64,000 nt of DNA from an uncultured virus (IMG/VR IMGVR_UViG_3300036770_002019) (IMGVR_UViG_3300036770_002019:1-64000); one strand, 5' to 3'. Shown: positions 50,701 through 60,320, numbered from the stretch's first letter. Numbers and translations are program-made. Notes: generated by a model not told the origin, from the letters alone.

Positions 50701-53700
50701 ATGGCAGAAGAATACATGCCTAATGAAGTAGAGGGTACAGACGCACAGGGGTTGATTTCAATAGATTTCTATAGAGATCTAATGCAAGGTAAAGGAGAGT
50801 GGACAATCAACGAAGAGAAAGCTTACGATGCATACAAACAAGCACCCGAAGGAAGTAAGCAATTTGTATATCAAACAGGCTTTACCCCACAAGGATTTAA
50901 ACCAGGAGATGCAGTACCTTTTTATCCGCAAAAACCTTACTATGAGTACAATGAACTTGTAGGTGGGGTTGTTACGACTGACTCACATAAAAACTCTTAT
51001 CACTTACTATTAGAAGGGGAAACAAAAAGTAACCCTGTAAAAGACAATCTAAGACGGAGAATGGAGGCTGTTGGAGAGTATGCAGGCTTGCAACGTATTG
51101 GGGTAGCTAACTTTGTAACAGCAAAGAAGATTAAGATCAACAAGGTTAATACTTTGACTGATAAAGTTGGTGGGCTATCTAATGTAGGAACTAATACAGT
51201 TAACAGTAGAGGACTAAGATTCCCTCAAGAGATCCCAAAAAAGAAAGCTTCTACTACAATGTTTAACCGTCAGGTTAGAAAGAATACAATATCGAACATT
51301 GATCCTAATCACACGTACACATTAAATGCGGGGTTAGATACTGAAATAAAAATATCAGGCCAAGAAATGCTTGATATGTATCACGCCGCTATAGAACGTA
51401 AAATAGAACTAGAATTTAAGCAAGTAGAGAAAGAGCTTGGGGTAGATAAAATACAGAAAGCTTTAGCTAAACAAGATGTTGAAGAGTATAATGCAGCTTT
51501 AACTTCATTTCTACGTAAGCTTAGAGATAAGATTAAAGACAATAACATTGAAAGGGATCTCCCAACTAACTATGATGCTGGGTTAAGAATTGAGTTAGAT
51601 GAAGCTGGGAGACCTCAATACCAAATTCCACTAGACTTCCCTATATACTTTGAAAAGTATGAAAGAGTACTCCTTGGGATGGCTGTTAATGCTGCATTTA
51701 AACAGAAAGTTCCAGGAATGGAGGCTGTGCAAGTTGCAGAAATTGGGGGATATGCTGAATCTGGGGAGTTAAACTTTTACGAAATCCAAAAAGATAAATC
51801 AGGTACCCCAAGAGTAGTTCACATGGAGGTAATGATTCGTGAGGATATAGCTCGTAAATTTGGGTTAGAGCCTGGACAAGACTTAGACTCACTCCCAGAA
51901 GAACTAAGACGTATTATAGGGTATCGTATCCCCAACCAAGGAAAATCTTCTACAGTAATAATGAAGATTAAACGAATCCTACCAGCTAATTATGCAAAAG
52001 CTGTTATAGTTCCTGCTCAATTAACTAAACTCACAGGATCTGACTTCGATATTGATAAGATGTTCTTGATGTTCCCAGAAGTTAGACAAACAGATGCTGG
52101 ACCAGTTAAAGTTCGTCCTCCTTATGAGGGGATATTAGGAAAAGCTGTCCAGCCTGTAGCGGAATCAATTAATATTTATGCAGGAGATAATCAAAATGCA
52201 GATTTAAGTAATTTCGCAATTCGTCCTTTTGTTGTGCAGGGCGTGGAATACAAATCTGTAGAACAATATTTCCAATCTAAAAAGTTTGAAATTGCCGAAG
52301 TTCTTGAATTTGACACACAAGAAGCTGCTGATAAAGTCTTTGCAATAGCTGATAAGATTATGGAGACATCTTCTGGAGCGCAGTTAAAAAGACTAGGAAA
52401 CACAAGAATACCAGGCGTAACTTTTAACGAAGAAAGTTGGAATGTATATGGAGAAGAAGCCATGTATGTGGGTATTTATGAAAGTTTTAATCAGAACCCA
52501 GAAGCAAGAAAACGTTTATTACAAACAGGCAATGCAGAACTAACCCACAAACAAGATAAATCTAAGTGGGGGAAAAAGTTCCCTGAAATACTAACTAGAG
52601 TTAGGGAAGAACTTAAAAAAGAATATCCGCAAGATGTACCTATAAAACCAACCCAACCTTCACAACAAGATTTAAGCACTCCTACTGCTATCAAACCAGG
52701 AGTAGAAAAATTATTTGATTCTAATCCTGAATTAGCTAATCAAGTATATGAAGCTTTGGGGTTTGATAATTTTACTAATCAGGAAAAAGAAACCTTAATA
52801 GCACAATTAAGAAATCCATTATTTGATTTAGTAAGAGGTACTGAATTGTATAATAAATATAAAGGAGAAACTATACCTTACGGCTATTCAGAAAATTCTT
52901 GGAAATTACTTATTTCTGGAATAACTGAATCTAAACTAGATTTAAATAAAATTTTATTAGGTTATAAACAAAGACTTTTAGAAGAAGAAAACACACCTAT
53001 TAGAGAAACAGGTATTGACGAAAAAACAGGATTACCAAAAGGATTTAATCCTTCTACTGGTGCATTTGAAGGAGGATTTGGAGAAATTTCAGAAAAAGAA
53101 AATGCAATAAAAACTTCTAAAAATAAAATAAATGTTTTAAATAAATTTATACAACAAAAACAACAAGCTCTACAACTATACTCTCAATACTTAGATACAG
53201 GTAAACAAGATATAGAAGGATTTAAAGATTTTGCTAAATCTCCACTACAACAAGATATAAGCATAGATAAAATAACAGATATATCTATCCTAAACAATAT
53301 CATTTTAGATGTAGTAGAAGCTGTTCAAGCTAATCTACTCCACGTAAATGAATCTATGGCTCCATTAGATGAATCTACTCTACCTAGATTAGTTGCAGAT
53401 ATTGAAGCTAAATTCCCAGAATTACAAGCCCCACTAGAGTTTGCTAGTGTAGACATTGAGACAGAAATGGGGATACGAAATACTATAGGTAGAGCTATGC
53501 GTGGATTGTGGGCTAACTTTATAGCTGGTCATGCTGTAGCTGCTTTTGGGGATATTGTAGTAAATGCTAACTACGAATTAAATTTAGATGGGAAAGCATA
53601 CCCAAAACTTATAGGAGTTGCAGGGCAAGAAGTTGCAGAGTTCGACAGAGGAGTTCCTATTAACATGATAGGTTCTAGATACTTATCTGCCGCAGTAGAT

Positions 53701-55401
53701 GCTGCTAAAAAACCTTATCAGTATACACTTAATGATAGAACTTTTACTTACCCTATAGAAGCTTATTGGATGGCCTTCTCTGGGGATACAAAAGCGCTGC
53801 ATGATTTCTTGAATGTCCCAATCATAAGACAGTTTACTGATTTGTTTTATACAAAGTATGGAGCCAAACCTATACTAATGGAGAATGCACTATTAGATGT
53901 TATCCCTAAAATGTATAAAGACAGCTTGAAAGAAGATAGGTTACGTCCAGCTACCTCAATGACAAGAGAAGAACTTGCAAACCCACAAGATCTTCCTCCT
54001 GCTAGACAGTACGAGCTGCTATTAAACATGTTAAAGTTTAGAGAGGCTGGTAGATCTATGACTCAAATGTTTAAGGTTATTGCCCCAGATTCTATGGATG
54101 GTATGAACAGCATAGATTCTATTAAATCATACAGAAGTAGACAGAATCAGTTTAACCCTAACATTACAAGCCCAGAAAATCAAATCTTCATAAACCCAAA
54201 TGCTCCTTTAGAGCCTGTAGTAGATCAATTTATAGGACAAGTAAGTGTATATGGAATGCAGAGAGGGTTTTCTAATCTCTTTTTGGATATTGCAGATATG
54301 GCTGCTAAGATATTCCCCATGACTGTATCCCCAGCTATGGATAATCTGGACATGAGAATAATGGATTTAACTGGGAATACACAATTAAATCCTGAAGCGC
54401 ATAGAGATATTAGAAGAGCAGCTATGCTAAGTGTATTTGCTCAAGAAGAATCCCCATTAAGAGAATTCTTCAGTGATACGCACCTAAAACTAAACTATCT
54501 AAACAAGGATAGTAACTTGGTTACAAAGCTCAGGGACTTGAAAGTAAAGTATCCTAAACTTGCAGAAAACTTGTTTATTAGAAAGTTTGTGGAGAACAAT
54601 GATAATGACCTCCCAGAAACTAAAGTGTTCTTGTTAGATTTCGATACATCTTATCAAATGACTAGGTTTGAAAAAGATGCAGTAACTTTAGCAGCATACA
54701 GATTACTTAAACGACCAGAAGAAGTTGTTGGGAAAGATGCTTCGATAGAAGATAGACAATCTATAATAAACTTAGCTGAAGATCTGTTGATGAACACATT
54801 AATAGTTCATGGGTTTAAACAAACGACTGGTTCATACCAAGATCTTATACCTGTAACATTCTTTACAGATAATAGGTTTGCACGTTACAACAATCCTGGG
54901 GAAAGACTTGGATCCCCAGTTAAATACTTTAGACAGCAGATGACTTCTATGTATACCATAGATACTTTTGATAACTTTGCAGTAGATTTTATACGCCAAA
55001 GCTTTCAAACGTCTCCTGGTGGATACACATTAGTCCAAGGTATACGAAAGAAAGCAACACCTAATGAAATCGTTTTAAGTGATAAAGACAAGATTAGAAT
55101 GTACAGAAATGGGTACCCAATTCCTTTTATTACAGTGACAAACTCTACAACTAACGAAACATTCTTGTACGCATCTGGTCATATTTTAACTTCAGGAACT
55201 GTAGAAGGAAAGTATGTAAAAGTTAATCCTTTAGGGGTAGACAGTAAATTAATAGAAGCAACAAACCCTGATAAGTCTGTAATCAATGAACAAGGATTAC
55301 CACTATCATCTATTGTTATGACTTCTACAACTACAGGAATTTCAACTAATGCAGGCTCAATAGCCTCTACAGAGAACCAACAATCTATAATCTGCAAATA
55401 A
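47767..55401 (+). CDS. Virion-packaged DNA-dependent RNA polymerase (crAss-like double-psi beta-barrel type) with inserted domains
   Basis: TDAQG, GYRIPNQG, catalytic GSDFDIDK (Asp at 52042), AAVDAAK; 2544 aa. Confidence 0.92.
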   Translation: MATCPNRNLKAWKDLEAVQGESIALAIWDRFDGRPPEFFYSTPLKEGTVITKGFDVQTRFTEEQNNAILDSIIYMLMEQKKQEGFKIEEQIGNKSTKGSIPNFFLQQAYENENGTAVSLEVAESIWGKEQAYETAVRENLPEETQNALYDEWVNAMEESDVYESEHPAREAFLDIYEFWNGGIITTGKTENEVKSDIALGNIDIVGWRELLSNRIKEFGYSISNVEQEVEFASDEDILERIYSKASMEEDPSKKLSGRMKELLATIPNRQLNFLGLASYLPADQIYKELATTFAGLQNFPEMLAQVETLALHKPQYEAVSEFMKGLNKKDAAAFSRIFAQSANEFLLIRVEAKTPAGDVVRIFNPNENRIERSIATTWKNGAVESNIAKPKAIYKVTEEGLEIDQNKAKAIAENWLLVRRGIAGVDSVSSTQGEISKPVQALTDMLWNMGIYLGDPEIKQETANNLQQVVNTGIFVVEKGRRQKLTGRAAYNYIANKEGKSLARLVSQFVVLSPDGTKVEKTLRTVSTTMYESQGSTVRHLASFAPLFFEMRGDSFVNGKGKQIYPINLRHHLGQVFETLGSSTEDKTKMMDMYREDKFFAPVEGKNEFDSILFRLLQSPEFTNEFRAFDLDALKDVTIPDGTVDYENFSNTDSLRTRLIAYINSGNRSTGLIAIPIQSDRKKFTFFPFVRTKNLAGTRKGTFGITGMTKNDIILGLIVQDMMRIAHGRGILSNQVTEDGLPNPPKDLPETYKKNLSSPKSMQFDGTLVGSEGNIPIVTDARLESKTGEYFISDYIEEFLTDPEELRDIEPEVFNEIQTKINVMVERANEYFLNQAKILDTKIKEQGITLPTEAREFGDRMSLLENYVFDEFLGRNEISKILRGSRAHVKDIQTFYKRVGHATTPGMEVALASDLAINGLQEVDGISNYGMPDTFIEATFNDIKLNLDEEMRTRAIERAEAIRDGLIEAGYDADFAQSMAEEYMPNEVEGTDAQGLISIDFYRDLMQGKGEWTINEEKAYDAYKQAPEGSKQFVYQTGFTPQGFKPGDAVPFYPQKPYYEYNELVGGVVTTDSHKNSYHLLLEGETKSNPVKDNLRRRMEAVGEYAGLQRIGVANFVTAKKIKINKVNTLTDKVGGLSNVGTNTVNSRGLRFPQEIPKKKASTTMFNRQVRKNTISNIDPNHTYTLNAGLDTEIKISGQEMLDMYHAAIERKIELEFKQVEKELGVDKIQKALAKQDVEEYNAALTSFLRKLRDKIKDNNIERDLPTNYDAGLRIELDEAGRPQYQIPLDFPIYFEKYERVLLGMAVNAAFKQKVPGMEAVQVAEIGGYAESGELNFYEIQKDKSGTPRVVHMEVMIREDIARKFGLEPGQDLDSLPEELRRIIGYRIPNQGKSSTVIMKIKRILPANYAKAVIVPAQLTKLTGSDFDIDKMFLMFPEVRQTDAGPVKVRPPYEGILGKAVQPVAESINIYAGDNQNADLSNFAIRPFVVQGVEYKSVEQYFQSKKFEIAEVLEFDTQEAADKVFAIADKIMETSSGAQLKRLGNTRIPGVTFNEESWNVYGEEAMYVGIYESFNQNPEARKRLLQTGNAELTHKQDKSKWGKKFPEILTRVREELKKEYPQDVPIKPTQPSQQDLSTPTAIKPGVEKLFDSNPELANQVYEALGFDNFTNQEKETLIAQLRNPLFDLVRGTELYNKYKGETIPYGYSENSWKLLISGITESKLDLNKILLGYKQRLLEEENTPIRETGIDEKTGLPKGFNPSTGAFEGGFGEISEKENAIKTSKNKINVLNKFIQQKQQALQLYSQYLDTGKQDIEGFKDFAKSPLQQDISIDKITDISILNNIILDVVEAVQANLLHVNESMAPLDESTLPRLVADIEAKFPELQAPLEFASVDIETEMGIRNTIGRAMRGLWANFIAGHAVAAFGDIVVNANYELNLDGKAYPKLIGVAGQEVAEFDRGVPINMIGSRYLSAAVDAAKKPYQYTLNDRTFTYPIEAYWMAFSGDTKALHDFLNVPIIRQFTDLFYTKYGAKPILMENALLDVIPKMYKDSLKEDRLRPATSMTREELANPQDLPPARQYELLLNMLKFREAGRSMTQMFKVIAPDSMDGMNSIDSIKSYRSRQNQFNPNITSPENQIFINPNAPLEPVVDQFIGQVSVYGMQRGFSNLFLDIADMAAKIFPMTVSPAMDNLDMRIMDLTGNTQLNPEAHRDIRRAAMLSVFAQEESPLREFFSDTHLKLNYLNKDSNLVTKLRDLKVKYPKLAENLFIRKFVENNDNDLPETKVFLLDFDTSYQMTRFEKDAVTLAAYRLLKRPEEVVGKDASIEDRQSIINLAEDLLMNTLIVHGFKQTTGSYQDLIPVTFFTDNRFARYNNPGERLGSPVKYFRQQMTSMYTIDTFDNFAVDFIRQSFQTSPGGYTLVQGIRKKATPNEIVLSDKDKIRMYRNGYPIPFITVTNSTTNETFLYASGHILTSGTVEGKYVKVNPLGVDSKLIEATNPDKSVINEQGLPLSSIVMTSTTTGISTNAGSIASTENQQSIICK
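52168..52620 (+). other. NADAR (YbiA-like) domain inserted in-frame in the virion RNAP
   Basis: LSNFAIRPF...YKSVEQYFQSKK...LKRLG...W...M...SFNQNP..RKRLLQTG.AELTH...W...L..VREEL. Confidence 0.8.
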
Positions 55402-58400
55402 TGAGCTGCGAATATAAAATAAACGGGAAAACAGACCCAACCCATACAGAGTTATTCAACTATGTTGCGAATAACAGAGAGAGATCTGCAGACGAAGTAT
55501 ACAGAATACTGAGAGAAGCAGGCATAGCAATTAAAAAAAATGATGCTGGAGGGAATCCTCGTATGTACTTAGTTATGGGTACAGATAGCTCTGTTAGCTA
55601 CAAACGAGCTCAAGACATAAATTTAGGAGCTAGATTATTTTTTGGAGTGCCTCAAAACGAAAGACTTTTAGAGTACACTAATCTAGGTACTAGAAGTAAC
55701 AAATTTACTGGGGTAAATACTCTGTTTGGGTTGAGGATTAATGAGTCCGTTTTAAAAAATATGGAGTCACCTCAACAGCAGTATGAAAATATTGCAGAGA
55801 TACTTGAAGAGGAGGCTAGAAGAGTTATCTTAGACACTCCATCCCCATTTAGGGATGATTATTTATTATCGGAGGCTGCTCTTCAAGCTAATAATTCTGA
55901 AAGATCTAAGTTTTCTAAGATGGCTCAAAATAGTGTAGATAACACTGTTAAGCAAATTACAAAACTAAAACAGGCATTTAAGAATGCTGGTATTGATGTA
56001 GAGGTAAGATTAGATGGGGATATCGAAGAAAAGGGGGTTTTACTTCCAGTAAGTGAAGACAACCCAAATCCAGTAATACTTCTTAACCCAAACGAAATTA
56101 CAGAAGATACTGTATACCATGAGTTTGCTCACTTGTTCATAGATTTATTGGGGTATAATCACCCACTTGTACAACAAGCTATGGAAGAGCTTAGAGGTAG
56201 TGAACTTTACCAAGAAGTATTAGAGTACTACCCCGAGCTGGAAGGAGATACTGAAAGATTAGATAAAGAAGTACTTGCAACAGCAATAGGATTAGAAGGG
56301 GCACGAATGGAGAAGAAGGCCCCTAACAAATTACAATCCATTATAAATAGAATATTCAGAGCTATAGGAAAGTTACTTGGGGTATCTCAAAACGCAGTTT
56401 CTCAGTTAGCTGTAAATATGATTGTGAATGAAATAGATGTTACTCAATTTAGAGGGGCACTATCTTCATATGCTCAAATGAGTAAAGCTGAACGCAATGT
56501 AAAAAACATTGTAGAAACTCTTAGGGAGAAAACAGAAACAGCTATTCTACAATTAGAGTCTCTCCCATTTAAAAACGAAGCCGCTATTAACGAACTCAAA
56601 CTCCAGCAATCTAAACTAGAGACGGTTACAGAAGTAGAGGGTTTGATTGACTTTGTTAACTACACAACTAGATTAGCTGCTAGAGCTGAAACAACTTTTG
56701 AAAACATCTTAACTGAGTATTCTCCTAATCCTGCACTAATTACTGGGGAAAAAAGATTACAAATGCTGCAACAATTGCATCAAGTACATCAATGGTTGCA
56801 GGCATTTCACAATAACACTAGCAAAAATGGGTCTACACTTACAGCTATCAAGTTAGAGCTACGTAAAAAAACAGATGCTGTAGAAGCTTCTGGTGGGAAT
56901 ATAGCAGAGCTAACAGCTTTTAAAACCAGACTGGCAGATGCTATTGATGTATTAGATGAGTTAGACGAAAAGTATGCTAAAGTGGGTATCCCAATTCTAG
57001 CAGATCTTCTATTAGAATATAACAAACCGCAGATCGACGATAAAATTAATGCAGCAATAGAAAAAGTCCGCACTACTGGTAGAGAATTTGGGTTGGAGAG
57101 AAAGACCCCTGAATTTAGAGAACTGCAAAGACAGCTTAAAGCAGGAGAAATAACTAAACAAGAGTTTGATGCTGCAAAGATTGAATTGAATATAAAACAT
57201 CTACAAGCCCGTAAAATTGGGAGAGAAGCTATTATTCAAGAGCTTACTGAGAGTCAAAAGAATAAAAGCTGGTTATCATATATGATGGATCCAGTTATAT
57301 ACTCATCTCAACCAGCTATACAGTTATTTGCAGGACACGTTAAAGCAGCACTATACAGAGCTGCAGATAAGTTTAGAGAAACTAAATATGAACTCAGAGA
57401 CATCTACAGAGAGTATGCAGAGTCAAGACCTGGGACGGAATTTGACGATGCAGCTTTCAACGAACCTGTTCTTGAAACTTACACATATGAAGTTATAGAT
57501 TGGGAGGAAACTAAGAAGACTGGGGAACATGTAACTAAGAGAATGAATCTTTTAAGTTTTGTTCAACCTTATGATGTTGGGAAGTATTACCAGGCAGAAA
57601 CAGATGCAATTACATCTTTAGCTAAAAAATATAATCGACCTACAGACCCAGACGAATTAAAAGCTTGGACTAAATCTAAAAAAGCAACTCAATATTATGC
57701 TGAGCTTTCGCAATGGTATGCAGAAAACTCTGTAATGGCAGAAGATGCTCAAGAGAGATATGATACTTTAATAAGTAAAAGAAAAGCTCTCCAAGTAGAA
57801 TTAGAACAAGCTTTACAGGTAGGGAATTCTAATAAAGTTGGGTTGTTAGAAGCAGAGATAGCTTCTTTATCTACTCAAATTGGGGCAGCATATGACTTTA
57901 GAGCTAAACAATTTAAAGGTTCATTCGCTCGACCAAATGATAAGTACAGATCTGAAAAGTACGAAAAGCTTGTAAAAGATAAATCGTCTGTAGAATATAG
58001 ATACTATCAAGCGTTATTAAATGAGTACAAGAAATCTCAAAAGAAATTAGGACGTACAAACCAAGTTAGAAATAGTTGGAATGACTTTTCTTACATACTC
58101 CCAACAGTTAGAAAATCTACCCTTAATAAAACAATAGAGGGGGCAAGTTCTATAGATGTATCTCAAGTTGTATCTGCAGGTAAAGATATGATTAAAGATA
58201 CGTATGAAATCCTGGAAACAGATACTGACTACGGGGTACTTGTAGGATTAAATGGGGAAAGATTACAAACTGTACCTGTATTCTTTACAAACCCTGTAGA
58301 TGAAAAAGATGTAAGTAGGGATGCTCTTGGGAGCATACTTAAGTTTACACATATGTCCAACATGTTTGAAGAAAAATCTAAGATACTTGGGTCTGTAGAA

Positions 58401-59966
58401 ATGATGAGAAGTGTTATTGAACAGCGAGGAACTTTAGAGCAAGATGAATCAGGTAACCCAGCGTTTAATAAAGTTACAGCCAGACTTAAAAATATGGCCA
58501 AGCGTGCTGTAACACAAGACCCTAAAAAAGACCCAGATAATCAATTTAGACATTTAAGTGAATTCATAGACTCTGTATTCTATGGGGAAAAAGATCTTAA
58601 AAATCAATTAAATGCATCAATAAGATTATTTGGGAAAGAGATAGACATATCTGGGAATAAACTTTCTCAAACAGCAACAACTCTAACTGCAGCTACGTCA
58701 TTGATTGGGAACAAGCTGCAAGCAGTTAACCAGATAATAATGGATAATGAACGTTTGATTGAAGAAGGGATTGCAGGAGAGTACTTTGGGAAATTAGATT
58801 TAGCTTGGGCAAAAGGAGAGTACTATAAAAATCTACTGACTTTAAAGACAGTAAAAGATGCAGGTAGTTTTGCTAAGGATAATAAAATGCTTCAAGCTGC
58901 AGAGCTATTAGATGCATTATCTGATTTAATAGACAGCAATGGGGATAGAGTTACAGGAGCTCGTCTTAAAAAGTATCTGTCCTTTGATACAGGATTCTTT
59001 ATGCAGAACATGGCAGAACATGAAACTGCTTTAACACGAATGCTTGCTGTAGCTAGAGGATACAAAGGAAAGCTAAAAGATGCTGCAGGTAATGTAATAT
59101 TGAACGAAAAGAACGAACCTGCAGATTTATACGACCTGCTTGTAAAAGATAAAAAAGGAATGTTAACTCTGGACCCAAGAGTAGCTAATATTACTTTGTA
59201 CGATGTAAGGAGTACATTAGCAGGATTACAAAAGAAATCCAATCAGCTTAAAGGATCAGTAGATAGGTCTATGGCTGAAAGAAGAGCTGCAGGAAAGATG
59301 GTTACTTTGTTTAGAAGATTCTTAGCCCCAGGTTTTAGAAGACATTGGGGTCATGGAGGGTTAGCTAACGTAGCTTTCTTACATGTAGATACAGAAACAG
59401 GAATGCTGTCTGAAGGAGCGTATTGGACTACATTCAAATACATTCGAGATCAAGTACAAAGTATAGCTACAAAACAACCAGCTAATGTTTGGAATTTATT
59501 AACTGCAGATGAAAAAGCTAACGTACGTAGAACTGCTGCACAATCTACATTCTTTTTAAGTTCTATGATTTTAAGTGGATTGTTAATGGGGGCAGCAGCA
59601 GATGAGGACGATGAGGAAAAAGCTGCTCAATACATTTTCTGGGCGTACCAAGCTAGAAGACTGCAGACTGAACTTGGGGCATTCTTATCCCCAAAAGAAG
59701 TGTACAACATTACTAAATCCCCATCAGCTGCTTCTAGGCCTATAATGAATATATATGATCTAATGACACATATTGTTTTCAAAGAGATACCGTATGCTTT
59801 AGGTGCAGATGGATTAGAAAAAGATATTTTCTACCAACGCAAAAGCGGGGAATTTGAAAAAGGGGATAGAAAAGTAATTAAGAAGATCAGATCTGTTATC
59901 CCAGTATGGAGCGGGTTAAACAAAAACGCTGAAGAGGCTATTAAGTGGTTTGATCTTAATGGGTAA
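55401..59966 (+). CDS. Giant ejected protein 3 with a zincin-like metallopeptidase motif
   Basis: VILLNP...DTVYHEFAHLF (His at 56118)...KEVLATAIG; C-terminal hydrophobic helix; 1521 aa. Confidence 0.75.
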   Translation: MSCEYKINGKTDPTHTELFNYVANNRERSADEVYRILREAGIAIKKNDAGGNPRMYLVMGTDSSVSYKRAQDINLGARLFFGVPQNERLLEYTNLGTRSNKFTGVNTLFGLRINESVLKNMESPQQQYENIAEILEEEARRVILDTPSPFRDDYLLSEAALQANNSERSKFSKMAQNSVDNTVKQITKLKQAFKNAGIDVEVRLDGDIEEKGVLLPVSEDNPNPVILLNPNEITEDTVYHEFAHLFIDLLGYNHPLVQQAMEELRGSELYQEVLEYYPELEGDTERLDKEVLATAIGLEGARMEKKAPNKLQSIINRIFRAIGKLLGVSQNAVSQLAVNMIVNEIDVTQFRGALSSYAQMSKAERNVKNIVETLREKTETAILQLESLPFKNEAAINELKLQQSKLETVTEVEGLIDFVNYTTRLAARAETTFENILTEYSPNPALITGEKRLQMLQQLHQVHQWLQAFHNNTSKNGSTLTAIKLELRKKTDAVEASGGNIAELTAFKTRLADAIDVLDELDEKYAKVGIPILADLLLEYNKPQIDDKINAAIEKVRTTGREFGLERKTPEFRELQRQLKAGEITKQEFDAAKIELNIKHLQARKIGREAIIQELTESQKNKSWLSYMMDPVIYSSQPAIQLFAGHVKAALYRAADKFRETKYELRDIYREYAESRPGTEFDDAAFNEPVLETYTYEVIDWEETKKTGEHVTKRMNLLSFVQPYDVGKYYQAETDAITSLAKKYNRPTDPDELKAWTKSKKATQYYAELSQWYAENSVMAEDAQERYDTLISKRKALQVELEQALQVGNSNKVGLLEAEIASLSTQIGAAYDFRAKQFKGSFARPNDKYRSEKYEKLVKDKSSVEYRYYQALLNEYKKSQKKLGRTNQVRNSWNDFSYILPTVRKSTLNKTIEGASSIDVSQVVSAGKDMIKDTYEILETDTDYGVLVGLNGERLQTVPVFFTNPVDEKDVSRDALGSILKFTHMSNMFEEKSKILGSVEMMRSVIEQRGTLEQDESGNPAFNKVTARLKNMAKRAVTQDPKKDPDNQFRHLSEFIDSVFYGEKDLKNQLNASIRLFGKEIDISGNKLSQTATTLTAATSLIGNKLQAVNQIIMDNERLIEEGIAGEYFGKLDLAWAKGEYYKNLLTLKTVKDAGSFAKDNKMLQAAELLDALSDLIDSNGDRVTGARLKKYLSFDTGFFMQNMAEHETALTRMLAVARGYKGKLKDAAGNVILNEKNEPADLYDLLVKDKKGMLTLDPRVANITLYDVRSTLAGLQKKSNQLKGSVDRSMAERRAAGKMVTLFRRFLAPGFRRHWGHGGLANVAFLHVDTETGMLSEGAYWTTFKYIRDQVQSIATKQPANVWNLLTADEKANVRRTAAQSTFFLSSMILSGLLMGAAADEDDEEKAAQYIFWAYQARRLQTELGAFLSPKEVYNITKSPSAASRPIMNIYDLMTHIVFKEIPYALGADGLEKDIFYQRKSGEFEKGDRKVIKKIRSVIPVWSGLNKNAEEAIKWFDLNG

Positions 59967-59968
59967 TT

Positions 59969-60005
59969 AAAAAAAAGAGAGGGGCTAACCTCTCTTTTCT
60001 TTTTT
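59969..60005. terminator. Bidirectional terminator at the convergent junction
   Basis: A-run, then GAGAGG-GGCTAA-CCTCTC, then T-rich tract; overlaps the stop codon of the minus-strand gene. Confidence 0.8.
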
Positions 60006-60320
60006 AATTGCTACTACTAGCAGGGTTAGATACCCAAGAAGATCCATAACTGAGTCTTCAGTATTATCATCTACCCCCACATTTCTAATGCGTGATAGTT
60101 TATCATCTATTCTAACTGCAATCGAATCCGATGCTTTTAGTTTAGAGAATATCCTAATCGGGGATAGAGCTGAATCTCCATAAGCTGTATTCTTAGTTTT
60201 AAGAAGTTCTTTAACTTCATCTAAAACTTTGATTGCTTCTATTATAGTTGGGTGTTCTATCTTCTGTACATTTGGTCTAAATTCTGAAGGCTCTGAAGAG
60301 CTCCAAACTGTGTCAGTCAT
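59985..60320 (-). CDS. Nucleotide modification-associated domain 1 (Nmad1/DUF1599-like) protein
   Basis: KNTAYGDSA...IAVRIDDKLSRI...EDSVMDLLGY. Confidence 0.75.
   Translation of the reverse strand: MTDTVWSSSEPSEFRPNVQKIEHPTIIEAIKVLDEVKELLKTKNTAYGDSALSPIRIFSKLKASDSIAVRIDDKLSRIRNVGVDDNTEDSVMDLLGYLTLLVVAIKKEKRG

Noticed and set aside
4619-59242. Many short minus-strand ORFs in the track (for example 12382-12861, 39106-39486, 58892-59242)
   Set aside because: They are antisense shadows of long genuine plus-strand genes, with S/F/L-rich composition and no expression signals.
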